This document shows positions 62,801 to 64,000 of a DNA stretch of 64,000 nucleotides, in pieces. A model generated the notes under the pieces. It did no database searches and had not been told where the DNA came from. It was given only the letters and a program-made list of their open reading frames with translations. Position numbers and translations under genes: made by a program. The DNA comes from Tubulanus polymorphus (Eukaryota > Animalia > Nemertea), in contig NC_134034.1 in assembly GCF_964204645.1 (NCBI RefSeq), positions 3,427,814 to 3,491,813 of the forward strand, in the 5' to 3' direction. Each line of letters begins with the position of its first letter. Position 1 is the first letter of the stretch.

Positions 62801-64000
62801 TAGAGTTGAATCGTTCGAAGTTGTTCCGTCTTATTTCAGTTGTATCGTTTTGCGAAGATGCGTTAGAGTCGTTTCTTTCTGTTTCACAAATGAATGTCGT
62901 ATGCGTTTGTATGATTTGACACGGGAATCGAACCCAGTTCGCCGATCCTCGTGGATTATTCAGTATCATCGCCGTGCACGGCATATTGACGTCATTTATC
63001 GGTTGTGTTTTTAACGGAGATATCAATCCTAAAATGACATCTGGTATTGTTTCATTAACAACAGGTTTAAACCACTCTGTGTAACTTAACGGTTTACCAT
63101 CAGACCACGAGTAATAACCACTGGACTCCTTTAAAAAAGACAAACTAACCCTTTGTATACATTCAATAGTGAATATTCCTTTAGAATTATAAGAGGATTA
63201 TTTGATCATTATTTTGAAGTTTCTATGAGATGACGATTTGATAAATGGATCGTTATTTACCTGCCATTTTAATCCAATCATCACAATAAGCGCCGTCTGT
63301 GAATATGCCTCATGAAGCAGTTCTGTAGCGAACAGCTTTTTAACGACCATCATTTCATGTTGAGAGTTGATACTGAGAAGATGTCCTCCATATTTCTGTC
63401 GACAGTAATTTTCCGCGGTCTCCCAATTCATACGTTCTCGTTTGATGTATCTGATACACGAAACACCAGAATCTAGAAAATCTGATCGGCAGCCATTGAT
63501 TCGATGTTTCATTAAAGGCGATTGTTCTAAAGTGTATTGAATTTGAAATATCGGACTATAATCAGTTGACAGCTCAAAATATACGTCATACCCGAGTAGA
63601 CTGTACAACACAAGTCCAGGAACTGCGTTATTTTCACATATATTTGTTATATGACGGGTTTGCGCAAACGTAGAAAATGGATCGTTTGGATCGTCAAATA
63701 TTTTGATGATTTGTGTTAGTAATATTGATTCCCTAACGCGGTAGGAAAGAGATTTAGTGCACGATGTTTGTCCGATGAATTTAAACAGAAATCTGATATA
63801 ATGATTGATACTTTTGTCAGTAGGATTAGTAAATTCAAAGAATTTTGAAGTTGTAGCAGATGGTAATCCTGGGAAGTTCAATGATTGGACGAGTCCACAA
63901 AAATCATTATTTGCGCCCCCACCTCTAAAACCTGGACTCGATTGACCTTTCTTCAATTTCTGACATTTACGTCGTAATACAATCATTAGTGCTGACCTCC
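59898..64000 (-). CDS. GRL101-like LDLa-LRR GPCR with CUB-like/C-type lectin extension, paralog B (5'-partial)
   Basis: complement(join(59898..63128,63261..>64000)). Same phase-0 intron inside the CTLD as paralog A, and collinear domains through 'NSTLNPLLY'. Confidence 0.92.

Overview
This is eukaryotic animal DNA with spliceosomal GT-AG introns. Its gene content (GRL101-type LGRs, a Helentron-type element, expanded FMRFamide-receptor-like GPCRs) suggests a lophotrochozoan invertebrate; that assignment is inference. Host genes reconstructed by hand: a 10-exon class I phosphatidylinositol transfer protein (minus, 4070-15748, almost absent from the ORF track) with a GPCR nested in intron 7; five intronless peptide-receptor-like rhodopsin GPCRs, two of them disrupted; a 2-exon single-cysteine-cluster Toll-like receptor; a small secreted prepropeptide plus a divergent paralog fragment; an 8-exon secreted protein with non-canonical F-type lectin, ShKT and two PCSK9-C/resistin-like modules; and two convergent GRL101-like receptors extended by CUB-like and C-type-lectin domains. 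The main mobile element is a complete 7.1-kb DIRS/PAT-type tyrosine-recombinase retrotransposon (45360-52492, minus). It has split direct repeats, an ALOG-domain recombinase and a loxP-like junction. Its gag, pol and recombinase ORFs each begin at a canonical CAG|GAY splice acceptor downstream of a shared ATG- and NLS-bearing leader exon, which suggests alternative-splicing-based expression and is the most striking observation. Also present are a nested satellite > Helentron-type element > Penelope hammerhead fragment, several MITE/foldback elements, LINE and gypsy remnants, a tRNA-derived SINE and microsatellites. All calls are from reading the sequence; no database searches were run.
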